This document shows, one piece after another, positions 1-9,509 of a stretch of DNA of 64,000 bases (positions within the stretch are counted from its first letter, which is position 1; each line of letters opens with the position of its first letter). The DNA comes from Minisyncoccia bacterium (GTDB lineage Bacteria; Patescibacteriota; Minisyncoccia; Phycocordibacterales; UBA918), in assembly GCA_046598345.1 (NCBI GenBank), contig JBKJIT010000004.1, positions 69,702-133,701 of the forward strand, written 5' to 3'. The notes beneath the pieces were generated by a model that saw only the letters and a list, made by a program, of their open reading frames with translations, was not told the DNA's origin and did not search any database. The translations under genes were made by a program, and so were the position numbers.

Positions 1-53
1 CCCTGCCGCCGGAGCAGATAGCATTTCGTGGGATTTCTTGGGATAATGACGAC

Positions 54-275
54 GTGACTAAAACATTTACATGTCTGGAATTAGGAGGTATTTGCGACGA
101 AAAGTTTTCCGGAGAAACGTTCATGGATATCGTGAACAAAGGTATGGGACATATGATGTCTGATGAGGCTCACAAAGCGAAGATTATTAACATGGAAGCC
201 GAAACTGGTGAATCCAAAGAGCAATGGATGGAAAAGATGCAAAATGAGTTTGATGGTAAGCCAGAAGATAAATAA
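54..275 (+). CDS. DUF1059-like small protein
   Basis: GTG start; N-terminal TC.ELGG.CD...G.T...H motif typical of DUF1059-like proteins. Confidence 0.6.
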   Translation: MTKTFTCLELGGICDEKFSGETFMDIVNKGMGHMMSDEAHKAKIINMEAETGESKEQWMEKMQNEFDGKPEDK

Positions 276-276
276 C

Positions 277-531
277 TTGAAAAAAGTCGTTCCAAAAAAG
301 AAGAGCGAGGTAGTTCGTGGATTCACCATTAAGTACCACGCAAGTGGTAGGACCGTTTGGTCAAAAGGAAAGATACAGAACGGTCAACCTAACGGCTATT
401 GGGAATGGTATCGTCCTGATGGTACTCGGAAGCGCTCAGGTACTTTTAAACAAGGAGAACCTGCCGGCAAGTGGACGACATACGATTCAAAAGGAAAGGT
501 ATATAAAGTCACACAGAAAGAAGCTAAGTAA
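277..531 (+). CDS. MORN-variant repeat (YwqK-like) protein
   Basis: TTG start 1 nt after the upstream stop; G.W..Y..DG..K..G.F repeats. Confidence 0.7.
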   Translation: MKKVVPKKKSEVVRGFTIKYHASGRTVWSKGKIQNGQPNGYWEWYRPDGTRKRSGTFKQGEPAGKWTTYDSKGKVYKVTQKEAK

Positions 532-594
532 TCGGCACAAATACCCTATTGGCGGTAAAGAAGGTTCGAAGATTGGAAGCTAAGGGGAGCTAGT

Positions 595-625
595 GAAAAA
601 GACCTTGTTTTTCAAGGTCTTTTTC
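595..625. terminator. Intrinsic terminator hairpin, bidirectional-type
   Basis: GAAAAAGACCTTG-TTTTT-CAAGGTCTTTTTC. Confidence 0.75.
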
Positions 626-832
626 TATCACCATTGACTACGTTCGAACCTCCAGCGCGGTAAAGTATAATTCTTAGGTAATGCCACCTGTAAAAGTTTG
701 GATTTTCGTAGGGTCTATCGTATTCATTATCCTTGTGGGGTTACTCTTTTGGGAACCTGAGGATACGAAGCAGTTACCTTGCCCGGATGGGATTCATTCG
801 CATGATGGTAGTCCTGAGCATTGCGCATAAGC

Positions 833-1621
833 ATGAAATTGTTTTTTCTCAGTCTCCTCTTGGCATGTATGGTTGTCATACCTTCTTTGAGCATTGCTCA
901 CGAGGTACTCCCCGCAACATACCTGGAATTTGTTCAAAGTAATCCAAACTATACCGACGCTGAATTTCAAGGATTTATGAATGCATATCCCGAACTACAG
1001 GGAGATGCGAATTTTATGGACCATATCAATACCGTACGAAACACTCCCGCTAGTTGGCTCCATAACGTTCGTGATTTTGTCCGCCTGGGTGTCATCCACA
1101 TTCTCGAAGGTACTGACCATGTGCTTTTCGTTCTTTCTCTCTTGCTCGTCTATACAACGTTTAAACGAGAAGCACTCCTCCTCACGGTATTTACCCTTGC
1201 GCACAGTATTTCACTCATCATTGCCGGGTCTGGCCTACTCACACTCTCATCGAGAGTGGTGGAGCCCATAGTGGCACTCTCCATCACCTATATGGCCATC
1301 ACGAGTGTCTTCCTAAAAAAATATAAAATATTTAAAGCTCACGGCAATAAAATTTCAACAGTGTTTATATTTGGTCTGTTCCACGGTCTTGGTTTTGCAG
1401 GGCTTCTTCGAAACATACAGGTACCTGATGATCGTTTTATCTCATCACTTTTGTCATTCAACGTTGGTATTGAATTGGGTCAATTTGCAATCGTCGCTGC
1501 CGTCTTGCCGTTTATCTATCTCTTCAAAGGACGGAAGTGGTATCCAAAAGTAATAAAAGTAATTGCAGTCATTATTGCGCTTGTTGGACTTTTCTGGGGT
1601 TTTCAAAGAATATTTTTGTAA
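833..1621 (+). CDS. HupE/UreJ family membrane protein
   Basis: Signal peptide ending AHE; G..HI..G.DH, FT.AHS and FGLFHGLGFA, FN.G.E.GQ motifs. Confidence 0.85.
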   Translation: MKLFFLSLLLACMVVIPSLSIAHEVLPATYLEFVQSNPNYTDAEFQGFMNAYPELQGDANFMDHINTVRNTPASWLHNVRDFVRLGVIHILEGTDHVLFVLSLLLVYTTFKREALLLTVFTLAHSISLIIAGSGLLTLSSRVVEPIVALSITYMAITSVFLKKYKIFKAHGNKISTVFIFGLFHGLGFAGLLRNIQVPDDRFISSLLSFNVGIELGQFAIVAAVLPFIYLFKGRKWYPKVIKVIAVIIALVGLFWGFQRIFL

Positions 1622-1867
1622 GTCGAACAAAGTTTGATTCCCTACGATATAGGTTTTAACTTCGCTTAATTTACTCTGACAGAATAACAGTCTAGGAGAC
1701 TGCTACGTCAGGATTCGAAGACCTTGCTTGCTATCTTTTGAGCGCTTGACCGAAGCATACCCCGTCTGTTAGCCAGCACTAAACAGGAAAGGGGTCAGGA
1801 AAAGATTTGTTTTGCTGTGTGGGAGAGCGAAAATAGTGTTAAGAATAATACTGGTATAATTTAAGTA

Positions 1868-3211
1868 ATGTCAAAAAGATTACTTTTTACCATTCTCATA
1901 CTACTCATGACCGCAGTCATGATCTTAAGCGGTATTTTGCTTTCTAAGTTTACCCAAGAGCGCCTTAGTGAAAATCTGGTCGATCAATTTTATGAGCAAG
2001 AAGAATTGGCCGCAAAGCAAACAGCATTTACTCTTGAAAACTACACGGCAAACATTACCGACAAGCTCTACATTATTTCACAACTACCGGAGATACGCTT
2101 TGGTGGCACGGACGAGTGTAACAAAAGCTTCGAACAAGTTATTGCTATTACCCAACTCAAGGTAGGAAATCTTGCACGCGTAGGTCAAGATGGTCGATTC
2201 ACATGTTCCTTAAACAAGGCGCTTATTGGTATTGAAGCAGCAACTTTGGGAGACTATATTCCAAAAATATTCAATGACCCAGACCACAAACCTGTACTGA
2301 GTAGGGCTATAATTCCTCCCGGACTAACAAGCCACATTGCCGCCGTACATGTGCCTGTCTATGACGATGAAAAGATATTTATTGGGACATTAGGTGGGGC
2401 AATCTATTTCAACGAGATAGAAGAGAAGATTTTAAAAGATATCAAGCTTTCAGAGGAGGAGGCTGTAGTACTTATTGATGACGACGGCACCATTCTGTAC
2501 CATCCAACTTCAGAGTTAATTGGCAAAAACGCCGAATCTGCTGAAGTTCAAGAACTCAATAACAATAGCCATACGTATAAAAAAATAATTGATTCTACAA
2601 GCAAGAACGAGACTGGAACAATGCGTTACTCATTCGAAGGTACAGAAAAGATCGCCGCATTTGCGCCAGTACATATTTTACCTGATCATAATTGGACAAT
2701 TATAATTTCGGTACCCTTGAGTGAAGTGGATGAAAATCTCGCGGTTCTTGGTGTGCAGTCTCTGTTCAGTTGGCAAATCGGCATCCTTTCAATGATCATA
2801 CTTCTCATGACTTTGTCATTCTTGTGGTATATGATCATTCAATTTTTCAATCCTATTAGCAAAATAACTTTCGCGGCAAAGAAAGTATCAGAGGGAGATT
2901 GGGGGGTAGAGGTGCCCAAGATGAGAAATGACGAGATAGGTACACTCGCTAAAGTTTTTAGTGAAATGGTCGTGCGTCTTAAATCTTATTATCAAAACCT
3001 CGAAAAAGAAGTTGCAGAAAAGACAAAAGAGTCCGAAGAGAGAGTGACGCAAATCAAATCCGTCGCTAAAGCATTGGAAACTTCAAATCAAGAACTTGCT
3101 CAAAAGATGAAGGAGCTGGAAAAGATGAATAGGTTCATGGTTGACCGAGAGATGAAGATGACTGAACTCAAACGTGAGAATAAGGAGCTGAAGATAAAGA
3201 TTTCACAATAA
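1868..3211 (+). CDS. Membrane sensor: TM-Cache-TM-HAMP-coiled coil, no kinase or cyclase output
   Basis: Two TM segments, Cache-like extracellular domain, HAMP (PI..I..A..V..GD...V...RNDEIG.LA..F..M), C-terminal MNRFMVDREMKM tail. Confidence 0.8.
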   Translation: MSKRLLFTILILLMTAVMILSGILLSKFTQERLSENLVDQFYEQEELAAKQTAFTLENYTANITDKLYIISQLPEIRFGGTDECNKSFEQVIAITQLKVGNLARVGQDGRFTCSLNKALIGIEAATLGDYIPKIFNDPDHKPVLSRAIIPPGLTSHIAAVHVPVYDDEKIFIGTLGGAIYFNEIEEKILKDIKLSEEEAVVLIDDDGTILYHPTSELIGKNAESAEVQELNNNSHTYKKIIDSTSKNETGTMRYSFEGTEKIAAFAPVHILPDHNWTIIISVPLSEVDENLAVLGVQSLFSWQIGILSMIILLMTLSFLWYMIIQFFNPISKITFAAKKVSEGDWGVEVPKMRNDEIGTLAKVFSEMVVRLKSYYQNLEKEVAEKTKESEERVTQIKSVAKALETSNQELAQKMKELEKMNRFMVDREMKMTELKRENKELKIKISQ

Positions 3212-3518
3212 ACCACTGCGTACCAATTTCCCAAAGTTGAACCGAGGGATTATTCTCAACATCTCGCTGTGGCATTTTACCCCCCCAGGAGGGTATGTGA
3301 CATAATTCAGAAATGAAATTGGATGCAAAAAAAGCGCAATGATTTTGCAAGGATTGAGATAGCTGCTCGCGGAGCTTCCTAATGAATTCGCCCATTTGGG
3401 CAATTTTGTGTTACAAAAACTGGCTGAGAAAGCGATACAAATTGCTGTCTACTGAATTCGAAAAGTGTGGACGTATCATAACAATTTGTCAGATGAAGTG
3501 AGATGCTATACTTCACGA

Positions 3519-4040
3519 ATGAATATAATACCTAATCGTATGGAAATCGAGGAAGAACTGAGAGTCAGTAGCGCTGCACTTAAAGTAATTTCTCAGGGAG
3601 TGGTGATTTCAAGGGCGGACCAGTTAATAATTTCAACGAATGTTGCTTTTGCAGACATAACGCAATATTCAATCGAGGAAATCGTGAATAAAAATTGCAG
3701 ATTCCTTCAAGGTCCACTTACCAATATGGAAACAGTACGATCTATACATGATGCACTCAGTAGTGGAAAGGAGTTTGAAGGTGAAATCCTAAACTACCGG
3801 AAAGACGGTACTACTTTTTGGAATGAGCTTACCATTTCTCCTATACATAATGAGCAAGGCGAAATAACTCATTTTATCGGTATCACACGTGATATTACCC
3901 TTCGGAAAAATTTGCAAGACAAATTGGCGGTACAATTGGATCAAGTAGAGAAACTAAATAAATTTATGCAGGATAGAGAGCTCAAGATGATTACACTGAA
4001 GAAGGAAATTGAAGCTTTAAAAGCAGCAAGTCAGAAATAG
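3519..4040 (+). CDS. Short LOV/PAS domain protein (putative blue-light or flavin sensor)
   Basis: NCRFLQGP, NYRKDG..FWN and DIT motifs; ATG 6 nt after TATACT. Confidence 0.8.
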   Translation: MNIIPNRMEIEEELRVSSAALKVISQGVVISRADQLIISTNVAFADITQYSIEEIVNKNCRFLQGPLTNMETVRSIHDALSSGKEFEGEILNYRKDGTTFWNELTISPIHNEQGEITHFIGITRDITLRKNLQDKLAVQLDQVEKLNKFMQDRELKMITLKKEIEALKAASQK

Positions 4041-4179
4041 TGTTTCAACAAGTAACGCTACTCTTTCTGACGAGATAAAGGGCTTTTGATCTTTATACTA
4101 CCCACCTTCAAATATCCTTCACAGAGCGGAGCGGTAAAAGACGCTTTATCAAATTACTTTAGTTTGATATTGTCTAAGC

Positions 4180-4617
4180 ATGAAATCAATTAATCCTTGG
4201 ATCAACTTCAATGGTAATGCAGAGGAAGCTTTTGTATTTTACAAGTCTATCTTTGGTGGTGAGTTTACAAAGAGTATACGTTTCAAAGATATTGTGACCG
4301 CAGAATTTCCTGTAGCAGAGAAAGAAGAGAATAAAATAATGTATATTGCGTTGCCAGTTGGTAACGGTAACGTATTAATTGGAAATGATGTCCCAGAGTT
4401 TATGGGAAAAGTTAATGAGGATGAAAACAGAAGCAAAATTTCAATACATACAGAAAGTAAAGAAGAGGCTGACAGAGTATTCAATGGACTTTCGGCTGGA
4501 GGGGCAGTTGAAGGACCAATGGGGGATAGCCCTTGGGGTACGTATTGTGGAATGTTCAGAGACAAATACGGTATTGAATGGATAGTGGAATTTGACTCGA
4601 ATATTAAAGCAAGCTGA
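4180..4617 (+). CDS. VOC/PhnB family protein
   Basis: PW..FNGNAEEAF.FY..FGG start; WG..CG...DKYGI.W end. Confidence 0.85.
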   Translation: MKSINPWINFNGNAEEAFVFYKSIFGGEFTKSIRFKDIVTAEFPVAEKEENKIMYIALPVGNGNVLIGNDVPEFMGKVNEDENRSKISIHTESKEEADRVFNGLSAGGAVEGPMGDSPWGTYCGMFRDKYGIEWIVEFDSNIKAS

Positions 4618-4807
4618 TTGTAATTCTGAGGCGGTTTCTTGTTTGTAATTCGTTGTTAGATGCAGGTGCAAACCTTTGTGCTGTTAGGTTACGGATGTGG
4701 TATGGGCACGTACTGCGGCAAAGATTTAGTTCTATAAAGCTTCAGCTCGGGTTCTCGGAATATCTTTTTTTCTCACTTTCGCATGCTTAGTCCGGTTATT
4801 CTTTCAT

Positions 4808-4980
4808 ATGAAAACGATTAAAATTTTGAGCTTTGTACTTTTACTAGCATTTGGAGTGTTTATGCTTGTGTTTGGTGGATATACGATAGTCCGGGAGCAC
4901 AGGGGCTGAGACTCTTTGCAGCTCTATTTGCTGTGTGGAAATTATTTAGACTCTTCAAAAAAAATTCGAAGCAAGACTAA
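4808..4980 (+). pseudogene. Small two-TM membrane protein with a 1-nt frameshift near 4883
   Basis: Restoring one G gives MKTIKILSFVLLLAFGVFMLVFGGY-DDSPGAQGLRLFAALFAVWKLFRLFKKNSKQD*. Confidence 0.5.
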
Positions 4981-5005
4981 CGTGTCTGAAGTCAGAGGTA
5001 GTGTA

Positions 5006-5452
5006 TTAAGCATCAGGAATTTCTGGTTCAACTAATTTTGCAAGCTTTTCGAGTGATTCCTGCCAGCCGAGGTAACACATTTCAACTGGGATTTGTGGAG
5101 GAATACCTTCTTGCGTGATCTGGAGTTCAGTACCTCCAATAACTTTCTTAAACGTTACTGTCGTAGTCATCTCGCCGGGCAGATTTGGGTCATCAAACCG
5201 GTCAGAATATTTTACTAATTCATTTTGTTGCATTTCGAGGAAAGTTCCACCAAATGAGCTGCCTTTGCCGGTCGTGAAGTTTGTAAACGTCATTTTGTAG
5301 CTACCACCAACTGTAGCATCGTAACTTTGCACGGTACATATAAATCCATACGGAGGTATCCATGAGGCATGGGCATCGGCCTCTGTGAACGCGCGGTACA
5401 GCTTTTCAGGTATTGTTTTTATAACCCTGTGAAGTTTTATGGTATTTGACAT
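5006..5452 (-). CDS. SRPBCC/AHSA1 family protein
   Basis: LHRV....PEK.YRAF, W.PP.GF and CYLGWQESL motifs. Confidence 0.9.
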   Translation of the reverse strand: MSNTIKLHRVIKTIPEKLYRAFTEADAHASWIPPYGFICTVQSYDATVGGSYKMTFTNFTTGKGSSFGGTFLEMQQNELVKYSDRFDDPNLPGEMTTTVTFKKVIGGTELQITQEGIPPQIPVEMCYLGWQESLEKLAKLVEPEIPDA

Positions 5453-5714
5453 AGGTATTAGTGTAGATCAATTCATGCAATTTTCAAATCCTGCGGCCAT
5501 ACAATGAGAGAGGTCTGATTGTGCGTGGTTTTTTGTATTCCTATAAATGAATAAAAGTCTGGGGTACTTGGAAAAGGAATTTGGGAATAATAATCTTCGA
5601 TTCAGAGAACATGCTTCAGATACTTACGAAAAAAATAGAAAATTCTCACATCTAGTTAGGGAATCCGTCAGAATAACTGTATTGTTAGAGAATCCCTATT
5701 AGCTAATTTAATAC

Positions 5715-5984
5715 ATGGAACAAAATACATATAAGTACGCTTCAATCGTGCTAGCACTCATCGCTCTTATATTTGCGTACCTCTACTTCTCCAAAGTAGA
5801 ACCAAACGCGGGTGATCTTTATCAAAGTGTTTCTGACAAAGTCGGGGAATGTAGCGAAGATATTACTGAGTGGAAGACTAAATATAGTGATATAGCTTCT
5901 TCAACCGAAAAACAAGCAGACCTTGATAAGATTCTTGAGAACTGTCAGGAAGTAATTACTGAAGGGCAGGCTCAACTTCAATAA
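5715..5984 (+). CDS. Hypothetical membrane-anchored protein
   Basis: N-terminal TM helix, two Cys, own terminator downstream. Confidence 0.65.
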   Translation: MEQNTYKYASIVLALIALIFAYLYFSKVEPNAGDLYQSVSDKVGECSEDITEWKTKYSDIASSTEKQADLDKILENCQEVITEGQAQLQ

Positions 5985-5998
5985 TCCAATTCGTACGT

Positions 5999-6034
5999 TG
6001 AAAAACCTCAATATTTTTGTATTGAGGTTTTTCA
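5999..6034. terminator. Intrinsic terminator hairpin
   Basis: TGAAAAACCTCAATA...TATTGAGGTTTTTCA. Confidence 0.75.
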
Positions 6035-6079
6035 TTTCATTTTCCTAGATGAGTGAGATAAGATAACCTTACAGTATAT

Positions 6080-6532
6080 ATGCAACTTTTAAATAATACC
6101 GAGACAACAGAAGTACGGAGCGAAGCTTCACAGTTTCTTATCGATCATAAGAAGATGATTCTTACCGTTTTGGATAAGGATGGGTACCCAAATTCCTCGT
6201 TGGTGCTCTATGTTGCTGATGACTTCACTATTTACTTTGGTACCCGCCGTGCGTTCGGAAAATATGCAGCGCTAACAACAAATCCACACGTTGCGATTGC
6301 CGTTGTACAAGAAAGCATCGATCCACTTCAGGTTCTCGACATACAGGGAATAGCAGAAGAAATACCGGAAGCCGAGACAAAGAAGACCGTGGAGTGGTTT
6401 ATGAGTAAGAATACGTCGAAGTTTTACATTAAAGGCGCCGAAGATCTCGTCATGTTTAAAATCAAACCACTGTGTATTCGATGGTTAAACGCCACTAGTG
6501 GCGATTTCCAAGTCTGCGACATTCAGGTGTAA
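6080..6532 (+). CDS. Pyridoxamine 5'-phosphate oxidase-like (split-barrel FMN-binding) protein
   Basis: L.V...DG.P.S..V.Y......IYF.T....K...L..NP.VA pattern. Confidence 0.75.
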   Translation: MQLLNNTETTEVRSEASQFLIDHKKMILTVLDKDGYPNSSLVLYVADDFTIYFGTRRAFGKYAALTTNPHVAIAVVQESIDPLQVLDIQGIAEEIPEAETKKTVEWFMSKNTSKFYIKGAEDLVMFKIKPLCIRWLNATSGDFQVCDIQV

Positions 6533-6538
6533 ATGCAT

Positions 6539-6563
6539 AAAAAAGCCCCCGAGTTAAGGGGGC
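6539..6563 (-). terminator. Terminator of the HAD gene
   Basis: GCCCCC/GGGGGC stem followed by a T-run on the minus strand. Confidence 0.6.
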
Positions 6564-6593
6564 CAACGAATGGTTGTTTTGCTCCACTTGCTC

Positions 6594-7226
6594 TTATGGA
6601 GAGAGGAAGGCGGGGAGCTCTTCGAATGTGCTGATGTACCCGTCGAATCCTTCTGCTCTTACGATTGTTGGCCGAAGCGTCTGAATCGTACGCATGCCTA
6701 GTTCTTTTCCGGCTTTGAGTTCGGAAAGCGGATTGTCGCCCACGACTACCACTTCTTCTGGCTTCCATCCGTACCTTGTGCGGATGTCTTCGAAGATCTT
6801 CTTCTTGCCTTGTCTTGTCCCCAGATCATCAATCGTGTCGATCACGACCTCAGCAAACAAGTGCTTGATCTTGAGAAGTTGAATCTTCTTCGCTTGCAAC
6901 CGCTCGTACCCGGAGGTGACGAGAAAACGTGGCATTAAAATATCTGCGAGAAGGTTCTCGTCGCCGAAGGTTTCAATGTGATCGGGAACACTGAGCGTTG
7001 CGTGTGCGGCGCGCATTTCTCTTGCTACGCAGGGCGGCAGATAGAATATTTCGATCACGTCCTCGAGACTGGTCGTCCAGAGCACACGATTGATCTCTTT
7101 CTTTGTGGAGAGAGGCACGACGTGTGAAGCGTGAAGGACAGCAAATACGGGGTCAAGGAAGCCTTCACCCAATGTCCGTGTGTCGAACACGCACATGTCG
7201 AGATCCAAAATGATGCCTTTGTACAT
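6594..7226 (-). CDS. HAD-superfamily hydrolase
   Basis: ILDLD motif I, VTSG motif II, VGDNP.SE...GM motif IV; GGAGG RBS. Confidence 0.85.
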   Translation of the reverse strand: MYKGIILDLDMCVFDTRTLGEGFLDPVFAVLHASHVVPLSTKKEINRVLWTTSLEDVIEIFYLPPCVAREMRAAHATLSVPDHIETFGDENLLADILMPRFLVTSGYERLQAKKIQLLKIKHLFAEVVIDTIDDLGTRQGKKKIFEDIRTRYGWKPEEVVVVGDNPLSELKAGKELGMRTIQTLRPTIVRAEGFDGYISTFEELPAFLSP

Positions 7227-7247
7227 GTTTCCTCCTTTTGAGGTTGG

Positions 7248-7776
7248 TTATTCGTGGCGGATGGGACGGATGATGGGTGCGCGATGACGGAGCATGTTCT
7301 CTCCACGGTTTCCAAATTGCATACGGAAACCGCATACACCGTCACCAAACTGCTTCGCGTACACATTCATGGCATTGAAGTTAAACGCGTACCCCCAGAC
7401 CACAAATGAGATGTGACTCTCGATGCGGTCATTTTTTGTCTGTATCCATTCGACAAGTGTCTGCATGCACTCACGCATGAGACGCGGTGCTAGACCCTTA
7501 CCTTGGTTTGATCGATCGATACCGATCTGGTCAAGCTTCGATGACTGGCTCGGCACGATGAAACCCACCATGCACTTGCCACCCTGCGTAGCCTACCACA
7601 GTTCCTGCATCCTCTACCACAAAGTACTGATACACCGGAAAACTGCGAAAGAGGCAAGTAATCCATTCCCGTGCACCTTCCACACGATCTCGGTCACCGA
7701 GAAAGACCGATGAGTTTATTGTTGCGATACTCGCTATATCGGTCTCTGTTGCTCTCCGTATGATACCCGTTTCCAT
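7248..7776 (-). pseudogene. GNAT N-acetyltransferase split by a +1 frameshift at about 7537
   Basis: IRRAT..DI..I..I...YFVVE..G.VVGY...EPVIE joins LDQIGI....QGKGLA when one A is removed. Confidence 0.75.
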
Positions 7777-7844
7777 CACGTTCCTTCCTACTTGTTGGAA
7801 CAAAGTGTCCAAAAGATGTAACGAGTACTTATAGTGATAAGTTT

Positions 7845-8909
7845 TTAAGATCCGAAGAAACTCTTGATGCGACCCCACATACTTTTTTGTGGAGGATTCT
7901 TTCGTTCAGCTCTTCGCTTTTCTTCAACCTCCTTTAGATCTTTTTCTGAAAATGTATCGCGTCCCCCGTATTGATTGTACTCACGGTTCCATCCTGGAGT
8001 CACGAAATGCTTTCCATCTGGGGTGCGCTTCGGAGACGAGGCGTCTCTGCCCACAGTACCCGATTGTGCAAAGTCAGGGTCGCGTTCCGTTTTGTGTATC
8101 GTTGGAAGCCCTAATGCAGTCAGATTCGGGTCTCTCCACTCAAGGTAGGGACGAACAGCTCTTTCTTGTGTGTCGAGTTGAAAATTGCTCGTGTTAGTAT
8201 CTCGCTCCGTTTCGTTTTTAGTAGGGTGTCCGAGAACTTTCTTAGCGGGATCAATCCATTGTCCATTAGTTCTGTCTGCGCCACGGAGTTGATCGTACCA
8301 GCCTGATTCATTATTTTGAGTCTCTTGAGGCGCTTCTTTGATCTCAATGGTTTTCTCCGTGGGAATAGGTCGTTGGTACGAATGACCACCCATTTTTGCC
8401 GTGCCATCTGGATTTGCAGTGTTATATCCTTCTCCTGGTTTTGATGGAACAAAATCTGAAGGAAGTTTAATTGCTGGCGGACGAGTTGAAAGTACTTCTT
8501 GGCTAATATTGTCATTTTTCTCAGATCCGTGGGTTGCGTAACTCTGAATAACACTGAATGCACTTTCAAAGCATTTCTCATTAAAAGCAATATGCTCAGC
8601 GTTTTGAACAAGAATAAATTCAGCTTTAATTTTTTCCTTATTAACGATGCGGCGTGAAAGGAGGTACCTGATGATCTGAATCTTATAATAGAGATCCTGC
8701 ATGAACTCTGAGTGAGGAGCAATTGTAGGATCTTTTTCGGCTGCAGCTAAACGAGTCAGATACTCTGTGCGTTTTTGCAAAAGAAATTTTCCTGTCTCCG
8801 AGTCTGCGGGAAAGACAATTTCAGATGCGTTTAATGGCGTTCGGACATCGTGTGTCTCTCGAGCCTCCACCTTTCTTCCGCCGATAAATCCCTCTTGTTT
8901 CATGTGCAA
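7845..8909 (-). CDS. Hypothetical protein (354 aa)
   Basis: Long ORF; amphipathic C-terminus SMWGRIKSFFGS; no family recognised. Confidence 0.65.
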   Translation of the reverse strand: MHMKQEGFIGGRKVEARETHDVRTPLNASEIVFPADSETGKFLLQKRTEYLTRLAAAEKDPTIAPHSEFMQDLYYKIQIIRYLLSRRIVNKEKIKAEFILVQNAEHIAFNEKCFESAFSVIQSYATHGSEKNDNISQEVLSTRPPAIKLPSDFVPSKPGEGYNTANPDGTAKMGGHSYQRPIPTEKTIEIKEAPQETQNNESGWYDQLRGADRTNGQWIDPAKKVLGHPTKNETERDTNTSNFQLDTQERAVRPYLEWRDPNLTALGLPTIHKTERDPDFAQSGTVGRDASSPKRTPDGKHFVTPGWNREYNQYGGRDTFSEKDLKEVEEKRRAERKNPPQKSMWGRIKSFFGS

Positions 8910-9112
8910 ATCAAGTTACTACTCATTACGATAGCTTAATCATACACGTTTATGAGCCTGGAAACCGGTGTCGTCCCCATGGGGGATTTCTAGGGTTTCC
9001 ACCGTACAGGGGTAGATTTCCCCGGCATAGGGGTTTTCCCCCAGGGAATATGGTACGATTATGAGCGAGAACAGGATTACTACTAATAAATTTTCGTATT
9101 CTCACTAACTAT

Positions 9113-9376
9113 ATGGCTACTGCAAAAAAAGCAAATTCAGCGTTTATGAAACCGATGACGATCAGTCCCGAGCTCGCAGAAGTGGTTGGGAAGGGGCCAA
9201 TGCCTCGCTCAGAGGTGGTTAAGGCACTTTGGATCTATATCAAGAAGCACGATCTTCAGGATCCTACGAACAAGCGGAACATTAACGGTGACGCGGCCCT
9301 CAAGGCAGTCTTTGGTGGAAAGGAGACTGTAAATATGTTTGAAATGACGAAGCTCGTTTCAAAGCATCTTTCGTAA
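9113..9376 (+). CDS. SWIB/MDM2 domain protein
   Basis: SPELAEVVG..PM.RSEVVK.LW.YIK.H.LQDP.NKR.I..D..L..VF motif. Confidence 0.9.
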   Translation: MATAKKANSAFMKPMTISPELAEVVGKGPMPRSEVVKALWIYIKKHDLQDPTNKRNINGDAALKAVFGGKETVNMFEMTKLVSKHLS

Positions 9377-9392
9377 TCTCTATTTCAGAAGA

Positions 9393-9425
9393 AAAACACC
9401 GCCCGGCCTTGCCGGGCGGTGTTTT
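9393..9425. terminator. Intrinsic terminator hairpin
   Basis: AAAACACCGCCCGGC-CTT-GCCGGGCGGTGTTTT. Confidence 0.85.
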
Positions 9426-9509
9426 CATGGTGATTTGACATCGCTATTTTTTGGAGTACTTTTTGAGTAGCAAGTTCACAAACCATCGTTACGTCATAGG
9501 AGAGTCATA

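Noticed and set aside
555-665. tRNA suggested by GGTTCGAA and TTCGAACC motifs
   Set aside because: These form a 9-bp inverted repeat around a terminator hairpin; no cloverleaf can be built.
1700-1830. Possible tRNA-trailer-like structured remnant (GGATTCGAAGACC...GGGGTC)
   Set aside because: Similarity to the 56.6-kb unit is too weak to support by eye.
7248-7776. UGA recoding (genetic code 25) or programmed frameshifting
   Set aside because: The two halves are in different frames, there is no slippery site, and other genes end normally at TGA (for example 4617 and 20534).
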